A stretch of DNA of 64,000 bases, taken from positions 390 through 64,389 of the forward strand of contig CALCIB010000187.1 in NCBI GenBank assembly GCA_937907525.1, in the 5' to 3' direction. Each line of letters starts with the position of its first letter. Position 1 is the first letter of the stretch. This document shows positions 61,738 through 64,000 of the stretch, in pieces. The position numbers were made by a program, and so were the translations under genes. The stretch comes from an uncultured Planctomycetales bacterium (GTDB lineage Bacteria; Planctomycetota; Planctomycetia; Isosphaerales; Isosphaeraceae). The notes beneath the pieces were generated by a model. That model searched no databases and was not told where the DNA came from. It saw nothing but the letters and a program-made list of their open reading frames with translations.

Positions 61738-62403
61738 CTAGTTCAGGCTGAAGGGAGGCGGAAAGTCGCGGCCGGAAGCAGACGCGGGGGTCAGGTCGAC
61801 CAGCCAGGCGTCGAGCCGACGGAACCGCGCCCCAACGTCGGGCTCGGCCAGGAGGCGCTGCTTGACCTCGGCGTCCAGCGGCAGCGCGTGGGCCAGGACG
61901 TCGGCCAGCGCGCCCAGCGACCCGGCCCCCTCCAACAGCCGGAAGAACTCGTCCTCGAGATCGACCCTGGCGCCGATCGTCCGACGGAACCGCTCGATCA
62001 AGGCCGCTCGGGCCGCGTCCTCGTCGAGGCCGTCCGGAACCACGTCGTCGACCGCCACGGCCTCGGCGACCCGGTACGGAAGCTCGGGATCGGGGACCTC
62101 GCGAACCAGCCGGATCCGCTTGCAGCCCAGCAGCAGGAGGTTGAACCGACCGTCGTCGAGCCGCTGATGCCGGATGACGCGACCCAGACAACCGACGGTC
62201 TCGATCGGCGGCCGTGGCGAACCGTCGTCCAGCAATCGCACCATGGCGATCAGCCGGTCGCCCGCCAGGGCGTCCGCGGTCATCCGACGATAGCGGGGCT
62301 CGAAGACGTGCAACGGCGCGACCGCGCGCGGGAACAGCGTCACCCCCGGCAGCGGAAACAGCCGCGCCCGTCCCGAGAACTCTTTCAGGTCCATGTCGTC
62401 CAT
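61738..62403 (-). CDS. LON peptidase substrate-binding domain protein (221 aa)
   Basis: LFPLPGVTLFP...PLHVFEPRYRRM, VGCLGRV, DDGRFNLLL.G..R. Confidence 0.9.
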   Translation of the reverse strand: MDDMDLKEFSGRARLFPLPGVTLFPRAVAPLHVFEPRYRRMTADALAGDRLIAMVRLLDDGSPRPPIETVGCLGRVIRHQRLDDGRFNLLLLGCKRIRLVREVPDPELPYRVAEAVAVDDVVPDGLDEDAARAALIERFRRTIGARVDLEDEFFRLLEGAGSLGALADVLAHALPLDAEVKQRLLAEPDVGARFRRLDAWLVDLTPASASGRDFPPPFSLN

Positions 62404-62481
62404 GTCTCGATCTTGACAGGGTTCGCCGCTCGACGCCACATTCAACGGCCGCGGCGACGACGCGCCGCGCGGAGGAGCGGC

Positions 62482-63153
62482 ATGGCGAAGTCGAAAGTCC
62501 GGGGGGAGATCGATCCGAAGGCCCAGGCGCGCCGGGTCCTGAAGGCGCTCAAGGCGACCTACCCCGAGGCGACCTGCGCCCTGGTCCACGACGGCCCGTT
62601 CCAACTCCTCGTCGCCACGATCCTCTCGGCCCAATGCACCGACGCGCGGGTGAACATGGTCACCCCCGAACTGTTCCGCCGCTTCCCCGACGCCGCCGCC
62701 CTCGCCGCGGCCGACGCCGCCGAGGTGGAGGACGTCATCCGATCCACCGGCTTCTTCCGATCCAAGGCCAAAAACGTCCAGGCGATGGCCGCCGCGCTTC
62801 AAACCGACCACGGCGGCCGGGTCCCGCAAGACCTCGACGCGCTCACCGCGCTCGCCGGCGTGGGACGCAAAACCGCCAACGTCGTGCTGGGGACGGCCTT
62901 CGGCCTGGCGAGCGGCGTGGTCGTCGACACCCACGTCAAGCGCGTCTCCCATCGGCTCGGCCTGACGACCCGCCAGGATCCCGAACGGGTGGAGCGCGAC
63001 CTGGCCGCGATCTTCCCCCGCAAGGAATGGGTCGACCTGAGCCACCGCGTGATCCTCCACGGCCGCCGGATCTGCGTGGCGCGCAAGCCCCGCTGCTCCG
63101 TCTGCCCCATGGTCGACTTCTGCCCGCGGGTCGGCGTGACGTCCTCGGCCTGA
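62482..63153 (+). CDS. nth: Endonuclease III
   Basis: LLVATILSAQCTD, HhH LAGVGRKTANVVL, VDTHV, CVARKPRCSVCPMVDFC [4Fe-4S] motif. Confidence 0.97.
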   Translation: MAKSKVRGEIDPKAQARRVLKALKATYPEATCALVHDGPFQLLVATILSAQCTDARVNMVTPELFRRFPDAAALAAADAAEVEDVIRSTGFFRSKAKNVQAMAAALQTDHGGRVPQDLDALTALAGVGRKTANVVLGTAFGLASGVVVDTHVKRVSHRLGLTTRQDPERVERDLAAIFPRKEWVDLSHRVILHGRRICVARKPRCSVCPMVDFCPRVGVTSSA

Positions 63154-63259
63154 ACCGAACCGCCCGACATCCGCCTGTACGACTTCCGGAACAGCCGGTA
63201 AGCTCCCGCGCGAGTCGGTCTTGACCGCCGTTGCGACCATGACGCCGGGGGCTCCGCGG

Positions 63260-64000
63260 ATGATGATCACTTACGCGCAAAACCGTGAGGACGTCCTGCT
63301 CCAGCGCGTCTTCCCGAAAGACCACGAGGGATTCTACATCGACGTCGGGGCCAACGACCCGGTCCACGACTCGGTCACCAAGCACTTCTCGTTGCGCGGC
63401 TGGCGGGGAATCAACATCGAACCCCATCCCGAGCTCCACCGCGCGCTTCGCGACGACCGCCCCAACGACGTCAACCTGAACGTCGGGGCGTCGGATCGCC
63501 ACGCCACGCTCGAATTCCTGGAGTGCGTCTCCAACTCCGGCCTCTCGACGTTCTCCCCCTCCATGGCCGAAATCTGGCGGCGGGACGACGGGCTGGAGTT
63601 CGTCGCCCGATCCGTCCCCGTCCGACCGCTCGCCGCGATCCTCGACGAGCACGCGGAGGGGCGGACGATCGACTTCCTCAAGATCGACGCCGAGGCCCAC
63701 GAGTTCGAAGTCGTCTCCGGCAACGACTGGTCGCGCTGGCGGCCCCGCGTCGTCCTGGTCGAGGCGACCTTCCCCGAGCGTTGGGAGCCGCTGCTCTTGA
63801 AGGCCGGCTACCTCTCCGCCGCCTTCGACGGGATCAACCTCTACTACGTCCGCGGCGAGGAGCCGGAGTTGCTGGGGCCCTTCAAGACCCCGGCGAGCGG
63901 CGACGACTGCGTCCCCCACCGCGCCCGGCGATCCGCGGTCCAGCAACCGCCGAGCCGTCCCCCCCACGACCGGACGACGCGACGCCCTCGGCTTTCGCGG
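63260..64000 (+). CDS. FkbM family methyltransferase (partial, runs off the window end)
   Basis: ITYAQNREDVLL, GFYIDVGANDP..DSVT, GWRGINIEP, IDFLKIDAE; not in ORF track. Confidence 0.88.
   Translation, partial: MMITYAQNREDVLLQRVFPKDHEGFYIDVGANDPVHDSVTKHFSLRGWRGINIEPHPELHRALRDDRPNDVNLNVGASDRHATLEFLECVSNSGLSTFSPSMAEIWRRDDGLEFVARSVPVRPLAAILDEHAEGRTIDFLKIDAEAHEFEVVSGNDWSRWRPRVVLVEATFPERWEPLLLKAGYLSAAFDGINLYYVRGEEPELLGPFKTPASGDDCVPHRARRSAVQQPPSRPPHDRTTRRPRLSR

Overview
GC-rich (about 70% by eye) chromosomal window. DUF1559, PEP-CTERM, LEPRRLL-type secreted proteins, a doubled UvrA and a POTRA-rich BamA point to a planctomycete, probably Isosphaeraceae (inference). Both flanks are ordinary host genes: FAD monooxygenase, GH116, sulfatase and uvrA on the left; serine hydrolase, TAXI, bamA, FAD/Fe-S oxidoreductase, folE, LON-domain protein, nth and FkbM on the right. 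Between them, directly after uvrA, is a co-oriented, apparently intact cluster of about 24 kb (21.7-46.0 kb) of phage-like virion genes. It holds a putative regulator, holin-like genes, small and large terminase, portal, scaffold, DUF5309/HK97-type capsid, large accessory proteins, tail tube, a tail chaperone with a C CCA AAA -1 frameshift site, a very short protein in the tape-measure position, a hub and fibres. I see no integrase, repressor, replication gene, sheath or endolysin. This pattern best fits a domesticated, gene-transfer-agent-like (GTA-like) element, which is the main candidate novel system; a decayed or split prophage remains possible. A cobalamin riboswitch precedes the DUF1559 gene. 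No database searches were run: family names come from recognised motifs and gene order, and several starts were re-chosen from the ORF track using Shine-Dalgarno (SD) signals.
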